Below, one piece after another: positions 37,542 to 49,519 of a DNA stretch of 64,000 nucleotides (position 1 is the stretch's first letter; every line of letters starts with the position of its first letter). Made by a program: the position numbers and the translations under genes. Source of the DNA: Chiloscyllium plagiosum (Eukaryota); NCBI RefSeq assembly GCF_004010195.1, contig NC_057759.1, positions 838,112-902,111 of the forward strand. Direction: 5' to 3'. The notes below the pieces were generated by a model. That model did no database searches. It worked only from the letters and a program-made list of their open reading frames with translations, and was not told where the DNA came from.

Positions 37542-37838
37542 CACTGACGTTTATCTGAATGGGGTCAGTGAATCCTGATCTTCTCCATGTTCCATTCGCC
37601 AATGCGAATAAACATTCACACTTGAAAGTTGATTCACCTCTCGTTAGGAATTTTAATTGTAAAGATGTATCACATTGTCCTTCAGGAAGATTTATTTCAC
37701 TGCACTCGAGATCGTGACTGTAGCAACAGTGTGTCCTTGTGACTGGACATTGACAGCTACACTTCACCAATGTCGTCTCTCCTTCCAAAAACACCTCATA
37801 TGATGGATTCAGAGACACGACTGGCTTCGGGATACCAT
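37542..37838 (-). CDS. Ig-like receptor exon 3: Ig domain 1, cysteine-rich (DGIPKPVVSLNP...KCSCQC...HCCY...FKCEC...DPIQINVS)
   Basis: Acceptor ccgttcctcAG, donor G|GTATGT; 297 nt, phase 1-1. PKP start, GETTLVKC B strand, FKC F strand and PIQINVS G strand are typical of C2-type Ig domains. Confidence 0.85.
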
Positions 37839-38700
37839 CTGAGGAACGGAATTGAAGCATTTTATCAGCAGAAAAGTGTTAACCACAATACTGGAAACTG
37901 TTATAATAAGGTGACTTCTTGGACACCTAAGTCCATAAAGATCCCACACTCATGGAAATTGCCTGGGATGGTTGACTTCTTAAAAGGTATATCTGTGTGA
38001 AATTAATTGAAGGTGTTTGGGAACACTTGCCTTTGTTAAGAGATCAGAATCTAAGACCAGGGAGGTAATGTCAGTTAGGTCACACAGCGAGCGACAGTTC
38101 CGGAATCAACATTCCAGGACAGACGCTATAGCATTGGGAAACGATGTGGAGGGAGATTAACCGAGATGTTCCTTCAGGGCTGGGGAGTTTCAGTGATGGA
38201 GAGAGATTGGACAGACTGAGTTGATTTCCTTGGAGCAGAAGAGAGTGGGTTGGGGGGGGGTGTATGACTGAGATGTATAAAATGAGGGCTAGAGATAGGA
38301 TAGACAGGAAGAAACTTTCCCCTTGATGAAGGGAACAATGTGCAGGGTGGGGAGTGGTCGTGAGAGGAAGGGGGTGCACAGATCCAAGATAAGGGAGCGA
38401 AGGAATGTGATGAAAACCTTATTCATCCCGAGCTGGACCAGTATCGGGAACTGACTTCCTGTAAAGGTCGAAGACGCAAAAACCCACATCACATTGAAGA
38501 AATGTTTAGATTTGCACTTAAGACTCCAAGGCTATGGGGCCAAGGGCCAGGGAAATGGAATTACAAAATAGTGAGTTAGCTGTTTTTCACTTGAGCAGAT
38601 AGAGTGTATTAAAGAGCCTTCGGTTGTGCTGTAGATTTCGAGGATGTTTTAAAAGATTCGAATGGCCATAATAATTTTATGAAGTTTCAAACAACATAAC

Positions 38701-38763
38701 CTGGGAATGCAACGATAGTTGTGTTGAACATTGCAGTTCCCACGCTGTTAGCTATGGAAGCTG
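38701..38763 (-). CDS. Ig-like receptor exon 2 (signal peptide part 2 / N-terminus, AASIANSVGTAMFNTTIVAFP)
   Basis: Acceptor tatttcacAG (NAGNAG CAGCAG), donor CAG|GTTATG; 63 nt, phase 1-1, open and in frame with exons 1 and 3. Confidence 0.65.
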
Positions 38764-39302
38764 CTGTGAAATATAGCTAGCAAATCTGTGGAACTTCATG
38801 ACCGACACAAAAAAGAGAGAAATGAGAAGAATTACTTTCAAAATGATGTCTATAAAGCTGTACACAAATTTTAGCACTACACTTGATAAGCTGGTTCTGA
38901 TTGGTGATCTGACAATCAAGTGGAAAAGCATTAACGAGGTATTTTTTATGTTAATGAATCAATGCGTTATAATTTCACATACTCACATATCTCATGCATT
39001 TCGATCAGCACGTGAAAATGAACTAATTGGAAACAATCAAAGAATTGCTGTGTATTAATATTTTCAACTTGACAAATCTCGAGACAGACATATATGCAAA
39101 TTTCTGCAATGAGACATTTGGATGGTGGAGATCTGAAAACGAAGTGTTTTTTTTGCAAGATAGTGGAAAGAGATATAAATTGGTGTAATGCCCGTTAAAG
39201 ATACTTCAGGTTGAGTTTAAACAGGCATTCCTTCAGACAGTTTGGATAACATGTTACTTTGAATGACTTGGACACATAATTTCATGAAGTGTTTATAAAT
39301 AA

Positions 39303-39514
39303 TGATTTGGAGATGCCGGTGTTGGACTGGGGTGTACAAAGTTAAAAATCACACAACATCAAGTTATAGTCCAACAGGTTTAATTGGAAGCACACTAACT
39401 TTCAGAGCGTCGCTCCTTCATCAGGTGACGTGATGAAGGAGCGACGCTCCGAAAGTTAGTGTACTTTCAATTAAACCTGTTGCACTATAACCTGGTGTTG
39501 TGTGATTTTTAACT
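39303..39514. mobile_element. Short palindromic Penelope-derived element
   Basis: Inverted arms centred ~39427; TSD-like tttataaat; same family as 779-1016. Confidence 0.75.
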
Positions 39515-42500
39515 TTATAAATCATGTTAGTGAACAGTGTATGGAGCTTCCTCATTAGCACTCCCCCAGGACAATCTGCATTAAGAAGGAATAGACAACA
39601 AAGAAAGGGTCCTGGGCGAGCTCACAAATAACAAAACCACCAATACATTAGCATGAGGAACTGTGATTGAAGTAAAAAGATGTCGAATCGTTTTGAGTCC
39701 AGCTATTAAACGGCAAGGGGGCCTCAGTAATTGCTGTGAATTATTCTTAGAACACAAACTTGTAATAAATATTTTGGCGATGTTTTAATCATAATGCATT
39801 TAATATGGATAGAGTCACAGGGGCACAGTCACACAGTACAGAAATAGACCTTGATGTCCAACTCGCCCTGACATCCCAATCTGACCTCGCCGCATTTGCC
39901 AGCATTTGACCCATATCCCTCTAAACGCTTCCTGTTCACCTACCTATCGGGTGCCTTTTAAATATTGTTATTGGACCTTCCTGCATCACCTCCTTTGGCA
40001 GCTCACTCCATACACATAGCATTCTCTGCATGAAAATATTACCCCTCAAGTCCTTTATAAATATTTTTCTCTCTTGCCTTAATTTATTCTCTCTACTTAT
40101 CGATTCCCTATCCCCAGGATAAATAACTTGGTTATTCATGCTATTCATGCCCTTTGTGATTTTATAAACTCCTATAAGAACAACTCTCAGCCTCGCACAC
40201 TGCAAGGAAAGAAAGCCTCACCCTATTAATCTTCTGCCTATAACTCAAAACGTCCTGTCCTGTTATGACATATTTTTCATTCCAAAAGTTGGAAATCTTG
40301 TCTGCCCCATTCAAGTTTAACAAAACGTTTCCTATAGAAGGGTGACTAGAATTGTACTCAGTATTCTAAGAATGGCCTCAACAAAGTGCTATGCAGCAGC
40401 AACATGACATACCAAATCCTAAACTCAATGTTGTGACCAATGAAGAAAGCATGCCAAAGGGTTTCTCCACCACCCTGTCGACCTGCAACTCCACGTTAAA
40501 GGAATTGTGCACCTGCTCGCGAGTTCTCTTGTCTAAAATAAATAAAGGGACTGCTATCCTCTCTGTTAAACACATCATTTCTTATCCTCCTTGACACATG
40601 TGGGGACAGCCATTCTCTGTAATACACCTGTTTAACCGTCAAGGAAAATGATTTAGAATCATTCCAGTGGAAATGGTGCAGAAAGTCCCAAAAGGCGCCA
40701 AAGGAATTTCAGAGATGTTGTGACAAATAAACAGGATTAGTAAAGCGATAGTTGAGACAAAAATATTGGAGACGACCTTTCTCTATAATACACACAGCGA
40801 CTGCTCTTCAGTAATAAATTAATAATGAGCAATTAAACATTTTATGTGGAGAATCAACGATCAAATCAGCATTAATAGAGAGAGTGTGTACAAGATGTTG
40901 TCCTGAGCTAGTGCGTTGAGGTACCAATCAGGCATTGGACCAGGTAAGAAGTAATATTTTAGAGTTAACTAATATCTATTCTTTAAATATGCCAATGGGA
41001 AGTAGTGGTCATGACATCGTAGAATTTTGGGAAGTAGCGAATATAACATATTACAGAATTTTATTTCAAGTTTGAATGTGACATCATTCATCTTAAAGAT
41101 GAACAAAGGAAATATGGATATCCAAGGGGTACGTCGTCAGGAGTAAATTTTGTCAATAGGCGATGGGGAGCTTTACAAATAAACACTTAGGTTCGACAAC
41201 AGATGCATATTCCTTGAAAGTATAAAGATCCAAACGGAATGGTGCACCTATGAAGGTTCACAAAAGATACCTAAATTTCCTCAATTGAAAACCTACAAAT
41301 TGTAACACTGCCAGAAGCAACGGGAGGCCTGAAGATTGTGAGTAATTGAGGACCTAGCATAAGTATACCACGAAATTATTGATTAAAGGAAATCAATACA
41401 AATTCAAGCAAGTGATGAATAAAAAATGGATAATAAAGGTTTTAATGATACAGTGAAAGGAAAATAAATTGGACAACATAAATGTGGAACCATCATAAAT
41501 AAGGGTAGTAAATTTACATTAGCTAACAGGAAAGTGCAGCTAACAGATTTGCAGAAGATCATTGAACCATAGAAAACTGGCCTGTCGACGCTCCAGCCTC
41601 TTCCAACATTCAATAGGAAAATGCCTGATCCGACATTCCTCAAATTCACTTTCCCACCCTCTCCCCGATGGCACTGGATTCCATTATGAACCAAAACTAT
41701 GTCCCTCTCAGCCTTAAACATACAAATGTACTTTGCCTCCATCCACAGCACTTTACAGCAAGGAGTCCTAAGACTCACGAATCTCTGAGAGAAGACACTC
41801 CTCCTCATCTCAGTCTTCCATTGGTGCTACTTTATTCTAACGCTATGCCGTCTTGTCCTAGACTCGGCCGTGAGGGGAAACATCTTCTCAGCATTGACCC
41901 CATCAAGCCGCTGAGGAATCCTACCTGTTTCAATGAGATCACCCCTCATTCTTTTGAACTCTAGTGAGGAGTGTGCCAACTTGTTTACCCCGCAAGGAAA
42001 ATGATCCAGCAAATCATTCAGGTGAAAATGATAAAGAAAAATGTACAAGGTGCCAAAGAAATTTCAGAGAGGTTGTGACAAATAAAAAGTGCTAGTTGAT
42101 ATCAAAATATTGAGAGTGAGGATTGATAAATATCTTTAACTGATTGAAAACAAACGACCAAAAAAGTAGCCACATTGTTGGCTACCTTTTGTAAATCTGT
42201 AGATTCTGAAACTGGTTATGCTGACTCAAAGATTTTTAACATAAAACCTTACATAGCAAGGAAAAGGGGTTAATGGAGATCTTTGTTAACTTGATGACCA
42301 GAAATAGAGAATATAATAGGAAGAATCTGGTAACAGAGTGGAGCAAACTGATAAAATTGGATAGAGCCAACATTGTTGTGTCAATAGAACATAGAACATT
42401 ACAGCACAGGACACGCCCTTCAGCCCTCAGATATTCTACCAATCTGTGAAATCAATCTGAAGACCTACACTCTAACCTACCCTATTCCATTCTCGTCCAT

Positions 42501-44340
42501 ATACCTATCAAATGAACACTTAAATGTCCCTAAATTGGAATCATGCGTAAGAAAACTGATAGAGCATTTTCAGCGTATTCCTTGCAACATCTGTAAATAA
42601 GAAAGAGAACTGAATCAGTTCTCAGAAGGCTTTTCATAAGATCCTGTAAACAAAAATAAATACACCTCATGAATTGAATAGTATGGTCTGGGAATTGCTA
42701 AGTTTAGACAAAGCAATAAGGAGGAATGAATGAGTCATTCTTCGGAGGCAAGCTTTTTCACGGGGCATCACAACCATGAGACATCACGAGTGCAGAGATC
42801 CGTGAAGTTGTCAGCACAGGCAGCTAGGGTGGTGAAGAAGGCATACAGCCGACAGCATGGGTGTAGAATATAGGAGCAAGAAAATCTTGTTGCATGTTTA
42901 CAGACTATGGGTTCGAACACAGATGGAATATTGTGTGCAGTTCTGATTGTCAAACTATCCTCAGGACGTGATAGCACTGGAAAGGGTGCAGAGGAGATTC
43001 ATTAGTATGTTGTCTGGGATGGACATTTTCAGTTTTTGAGGAGAGATTGGAAAAGCAGAGTTTGTCTTCTCTGGGGCAGAAGAGGTTGGGTTGAGGGGGA
43101 ATGTGGGTGGGGGGTGGGGTGAACTGATAGAAGTGTACAAAATAAGGAGGCATGAACAGACGAGATTTCTAGAATGCTATCCTCATGGCAGACCTGTCTC
43201 AGACCAGAGTGCATAAGCTTAAGGTGAGGAATAAGTGCCGTGAGGGGATCAGGAAGAGATTTTTTTCCTCCCAGACGGTGGTAGAAATATGGACTGTGCT
43301 GGTTGAGAGGATGCTGGAGGCAGATACTATCACGACATTTAATCAGTCTCTGGCCAAGCACTTCAAATCGCAGGGCATTTGTGATATAGACCAAGTGAAA
43401 GAAAATGGGATCATTTGTTGGTCAGAATAGACATGAAGCGCGAAAGGGTGTGTATCTATGCTGTATGACTACATGACTCTGACTGTGATAAGGATCAGGC
43501 CCACAGCTCGATCACTTTTGCAATGATTTGGATAACGAAACGAGTGATAATAATTCTAACGTTGTAGAAGAAGTTGGCCATTCAGCCCTGAGAGCCTGTT
43601 CCATATTTCATAGGATCATGCCTGATCCAACACGCCTAAAGTGATATTGCTGTAAATTCAGGAATGTGAATACTCAGAAAAGTCTTCAATTCTTTTACCA
43701 TCACCTCATATCTTTTTCCCTCCAACAAATATTCCAACACTCACTCCAATTCTGCCCCTCAATTTGAGTCAGTTTATCTTTCCATTGACCACAGATTAGC
43801 ATGCATTTTCCTTTTGCTTATCAATTAATTTCTCCGATCAAATTTACACAACCTGCATCACTTCAACGTAATCTACCCCTCTGCATAAAAAAAACAAATC
43901 AACACTAGTTTGCCAAAACTGAACTTCATCTATCAGCTAGAGGTTCATCGGGTTTATAAAGATATTTCTCACATCTTCCTGTATATAATTGAATTTGGTC
44001 TTGTCCACTATACACTCAGTCACGATTACAAATCTATTTCTGCACCCCTTTTCATATTCTATTGTTTTACAGTAGTCAAAAATGATGAATACATGTTTTC
44101 TTTTCTTTCATCTCTATAAGTTTTTACGAGCTCTGTTAGAATTTAAGAAGATAAGATCGATCAACGGATTAAACATTGCAATGTTACACTTTAAAACTGT
44201 AATAGTAGAAGGTGTTTATTAAAAAGTTAAAGTCAGCTGAACTCTTTTGACAAACTCTCACAGCTGACCAGTTTCTGATTTATACAAAGCAACGCATTAC
44301 TGAGAGTTATCATCGAGAAATTAAAGGACCTGATACTCAC

Positions 44341-44371
44341 CAATTGACAGAAGGATTGAAAAAACAAACAT
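44341..44371 (-). CDS. Ig-like inhibitory receptor, coding exon 1 (signal peptide part 1, MFVFSILLSI)
   Basis: ATG TTT GTT TTT TCA ATC CTT CTG TCA ATT G followed by consensus donor GTGAGT; 31 nt, phase 1; hydrophobic leader. Confidence 0.8.
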
Positions 44372-44660
44372 TTTCTGATGAATTTCCCACCCAATACTTT
44401 GAACAAAGAGATCGGTGGGTTGGTTTCCTTTCATGCTTGACTTTCTAACTGGTGGGAAGATAACAGTCTGTCTTGAGCAAGGATCCCATCGGAACTGAGA
44501 TGACAACATAAGTTGTCATGTGATTTACAAAAACTATTTCTATTACCCGTGCTTGTGTGAGTCAAGTTATTGCTAAACTTCAAGCAAGAGAATATTGTTG
44601 AGCAGTCGGCACAGAAGCAATGTGTGAAAATGAGAGAGCCCGAACGCCCCTCAGCCAGAT
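44372..44660 (-). promoter_or_regulatory. Putative 5'UTR/proximal promoter of the receptor gene
   Basis: Non-repetitive sequence just upstream of the ATG. Contains ISRE-like GGTTTCCTTTC (44422-44432) and NF-kB-like GGGAAATTCA (minus, 44379-44388); no obvious TATA box. Confidence 0.35.
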
Positions 44661-47142
44661 TACACACATGAGCTAACTGCAGCTCAGTTGGCTGGACAGC
44701 TGGCTTGTGATATATTCAGAAGAATAGAGGTGTGGACTATTTTCTAAATGGGCAGTAAATTCAGAAATTGGAGTGCAAAGGGACTTGGGAGTACTAGTCC
44801 AGGTTTCTGTTATGATAAACTTGCAGGTTGAGTTGGTAGTTAAGAAGATAAATACAATGTTGACATTCACCTCAACAACGCTAGAATATAAAAGCAAGGA
44901 TGTACTTCGGAGGTTTTATAATGCTCTAGCCAGACCACACTTATAGTATTGTGAGCAATTTGAGCCCCATACATCAGGAAGAACGTATTGGCCCTGGAGT
45001 AGATCCAGAGGATATTCACGAGAACGATCCCAGGAATGAAAGGCTTAACATATTAGGATGGTTTGAGGACTCTGGGACGAGGGGGATTTCGTTAGAACTT
45101 TCAAAATACTGAACAGCTTGGACAGATGGACATTGGGACAATGTTTCCATTGGCAGAAGAGAATACGACTTGAGGACACAGCCTATGCATAAAGGGAAAG
45201 CCTTTTAGAACAGAGATAAGAAGAAACTTCTTTAACCAGAGAATGGTGCAATCGTAAATTCATTCCCATAGAAGTCTGTGGAGGCAATTTCATTAAGTAT
45301 AATTAAAACAGAGATGGATCATTTCTTGAGTGCAATGGGGATCAAAAATTACAGGGAGAAAGCAGGAGAATGGGTTTGGAAAGCCTAATCAGCCATGATC
45401 GAATGACAGAGCAGACTCGATAGACGAAATGGTCTAACCTCCGCTCTCCTGTTATATGGTCTAAGATCGTAAATGAAGACTGGAAATGAAAATGGAGCGT
45501 TCAATGTCCATAGGTGTATCTGAATCATATTCAAAGGACGGTACTTAGTTTACAACATTGTAATTTGTCAAATTTTAAATGCTGTATAATATGCTATTAT
45601 AAAATTCAGGAACACACGTGGGGAAGAAAAGCTGATTGTACATTCCACATGTTACAGTGCGTTTAACCATTTCCCTACGATATCTAGGTCTTTTTCATTT
45701 CCACATGGCCAGCAATTATTGCACATCTCTATTTCCTCTTGAGTGGGTGGTGGTCAGCTTCCTAGTTGAATAGCGGTTAAGATGTCATGTCCAATGCAAA
45801 ATGTCACTGGAAAATGACATTCTCCCAGCTCCTTCTTAATGTTCAGTGTCTACTGAAGTTTTTTTATTATTTTAGTGATGATGGCCAGAAATGTGGTGTA
45901 CTGAAAATAGAACCCCAGTTGTCTAAAGGAGCTCAAAGGCATTCGAAGATTCTTTCTGGTTTACCACATGTTAATTATAAACTGAGCATATTTTGTTATA
46001 TCTCGTCCATATCGATATTATTTAAATAACATTCTAACTTCATAACATTGCAATTGAATAAAGTAGCTCCCTTTTACCTTTCAATTCAATGATCAGATCA
46101 CCGGATAGAACATTCATGATGCAGGTTTGATCAATGCATTCAGTTCACTTCAATGCATCCTTAGCCCTTCCTTCCAGCATAAGGTCAGAATTGGGTTGGT
46201 TGCCGATGATCGCACAATGTTCAGCACTATTCACCACTGCTTAGATACTGTTCAAATGCAAAGAAATCTTGACAATATCCAGGCTTGGGCTGACAAGCAG
46301 CATGGCACACAGTGACCATCTCTTTGCACAGATGTTGGGAGATCTGCTGATTTTCTCCAACACTTTCTGTTCAAAGGGTAAACCTTGTAGAATGGAGATA
46401 AGCAGGAATTTATTTGGCTGGTGAGCGTGACAGTGTGGAATGATTTTGTTGCAGAGAGCCGTGGAGGTCAAGATATTGAGTGTCTTTAAAAGAGAGAGAG
46501 AGAGTTTCTTGATTGGTGAGGGGATCAAATAGTACAGGGAGAAGACAGGAAAATGGAGTTGAGAAACATTTCAGCCATGAGAAAATGGCGGAGCAGAAGT
46601 GATGGGTTGAATGGCCCCATTCAGCTCTTGCATCTTGCGGCCTTCTGTCTGTTAGAACAGGTAAGGGCAATAGATTTACTTTGCTGAAGGGCATTAATGA
46701 ACCAGGTGGAACAAACAACAGGGCAAATAATTTGAAGGAAGTGGAAATGATGAACTCCGTTATGGGACTGTAGAACAATTAAAGTACAAATGATACTCCT
46801 TCAGCAAGATGTTTCAGTTGTCTCTCACAGGAAATCAGTTTGTCCATTCCCAACGCCAATTGTCGAATCTTCCGTATTATTATTCTCTTCGGCAACTTGG
46901 CCATTTAACTTTTGAAAGCCACAAGTGGATATTATACTTAATTAAAAGGAGAACGTTCCAGTTCCTAACCTCTTCCAGAGTGAAAAAAGCTTGCTCAATT
47001 CTACCTTCTACGTTCAGATTGTAATCATGGTTCCAGGAGCTCCCCAAACGGAAACTCTGCACCTCTCTCTATTTCTCTTTGAACAGCTGTGGCATTGAGT
47101 AATCCCCATCAACATCCTGTCAACATGGATTTCTTCAAAAAG

Positions 47143-47152
47143 GGGAAATTCC
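47143..47152 (+). promoter_or_regulatory. Perfect NF-kB site GGGAAATTCC
   Basis: Exact consensus in apparently non-repetitive DNA ~2.8 kb upstream of the receptor ATG; function untested. Confidence 0.3.
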
Positions 47153-47677
47153 ATCAGCTCGTGTCTGTCCAACTGAAGGAAGGTTATTTGTCGCTTGACG
47201 TAGCATTATACCATTTTCATATGAAGCCTCTCCAAGGTTGCAAAATAAAACAAGAGAACGAGAGATGGATAGATGTTGGAAATCTGAAACTGACACAAAC
47301 AGAACTTTTAAGAAGAGTTCAAAACAAATGCGTATATGCAACTGTTTCTAAATAGTCTACAGAAGCGAAAATTCATTTTGTTCTGTTGATCACCACTATT
47401 CCCCTCCCAGTCTCATTCCGCAAAGATGATCAGTCCAGCATCCTTTGTGTACAGTCTCATATTATTTCTACGGTTCAAATGCACTCATTCTGTCTTCATA
47501 GTATTTAAAACAGATTTATTTTTAAATGGTCTGCTTTAAATTGAAAGGTAGAAATAATCAATACAATTTGCAAATTTTTTATTATACTTCTTTGCAAATT
47601 GTGCAAAATTCAACAATAAATTAATAGCTCTACAGCTTTGAATGAAAGCCAATAAAGATTACACAATTTATGTACAA

Positions 47678-49140
47678 CATATAACATTACAGCGCAGTAC
47701 AGGCCCTTCGGCCCACGATGTTGCGCCGACCTGTCATACCAATCTGAAGCCCATCTAACCTACACTATTCCATGTATGTCCATATGCTTGTCCAGTGACG
47801 ACTTTAATGTACTTAAAGTTGGTGAATCTACTACCATTGCAGGCAAAGCATTCCATACCCTTACTACTCTCTGAGTAAAGAAACTACCCCTCATATCCGT
47901 CCTATATCTATCAACCCTCAATTTAAAGTTATGCACCCTCGTGCTCACCGTCACCGTACTTGGAAAAATGCTCTCCCTGTTCACCCTATCTAACCCTCTT
48001 ATTATCTTATTTGTCTCTATTAAGTCACCTCGCAACCTTCTTCTCTCTAACGAAAACAGCCTCCAGTCCCTCAGCTTCACCCTATCTAACCCTCTTATTA
48101 TCTTATTTGTCTCTATTAAGTCACCTCGCAACCTTCTTCTCTCTAACGAAAACAGCCTGGAGTCCCTCAGCCTTTCCTCATAAGACAGTCCCTCCATACC
48201 AGGCAAAATCCTAGTAAATCTCCTCTGCACCCTTTCCAAAGCTTCCACATCCTTCTTATAATGTGGTGACTAGAACTGTACACAATACTCCAAATGCGGC
48301 TGCACCAGATTTTTGTACAGCCGTAGCATAGCCTCACGGTTCTGGAACTCAATCCCTCTTTTATTAAAAGCTAAAACACTATATGCCTTCTTATCAACCT
48401 TGTCAACCTGAGTGGCAACTTTCAAGGATCTGTGTACCTGGACACCGAGATATCTCTGCTCATCTACACTGCCAAGAATCTTACCATTAGCCCAGTACTT
48501 TGCATTCCGGTTACTCTGACCAAAGTGAATGACATCACACTTGTCTGCATTAACCTCCATTTGCCACCTCTCACCCAGCTGTGCATCTTATCTATGTCTC
48601 TCTGTAACCTACAACATCCTTCGTCACTATTCACAACTCCACCAACCTTAGTGTTGTCTGCAAATTTACTAACCCACCCTTCTACGCCCTCATCCAGGTC
48701 ATTTATAAAAATGACGAACAGCAGTGGACCCTTACGGTACACCACTGGTAACTGGACTCCAGGATGTACGTTTCCCATCAACCACCACTTCCGTCTTCTT
48801 TCAGCAAGCCAATTACTGATCCAAACTGGTATATCTCCCACAATCCCATCATCCGCATTTTGTACAATAGCCTATTGTGTGGAGTCTAATAGAACGCCTT
48901 GCTGAAATCTATATACTCCACATCAACCGGTTTACTCTCATCTACCTGTTTGGTCACCTTCTCAAAGAACTCAATAAAGTTTGTGAGGCACGACCTTCCC
49001 TTCACAAAATCTTGCTGACTTTCCCTAATCAAATTATTATTTTCTAGATGATTATAAATCATATCTCTTTTAACCTTTTCCAAAGTTTTACCAACAACTG
49101 AAGTAAGGCTCTGGTCTATAATTACCTGGGTCAATAATAC
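47678..49140 (-). mobile_element. CR1 LINE of the same subfamily as 21417-23140, with an internal 96-bp tandem duplication (47980-48171)
   Basis: RT motifs and matching 3'UTR; repeated peptide LRD(S/W)RLFSLERRRLRGDLIETNKIIRGLDRV. Confidence 0.9.
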
Positions 49141-49389
49141 TCTATAACTCACCCTTTGGGCGTTTTTGCAAAGAAATGTTAAAAACAGCAACTGTAGCAG
49201 GTTTGAAACTGAAATGAACACAACCCAGGTCATGTCTAAGATATGAGAAAAAAAGTAATAGAGTAACAAACATATGCACGTATCCAACTCTCAAACTTGA
49301 CCATATTTATTATTAGATTTAAATACTGGAGCTATTAACTTAACAAACTGGACTCTGGTTTTATAATCACTCAATATACCTTTCATTTA

Positions 49390-49519
49390 TTGTGGTTGTG
49401 TTCGCCGAGCTGGGAGTTTGTGTGGCAGACGTTTCATCTGCCACATAAACTCCCAACTCGGCGAACACAACCACAATAACGAGCACCCGAGCTACAAATC
49501 TTCTCACAAACTTTGAATC
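49390..49519. mobile_element. Short hairpin element from a second Penelope-like family
   Basis: ttgtggttgtgttcgccgagctgggagtttgtgtggcaga followed by its near reverse complement; 11-bp TSD cctttcattta (49379-49389, 49520-49530). Confidence 0.65.

Noticed and set aside
44372..44509. Upstream in-frame ATGs extending exon 1
   Set aside because: The extension is polar and would bury the signal peptide; probably 5' of the transcription start, but not excluded without CAGE data
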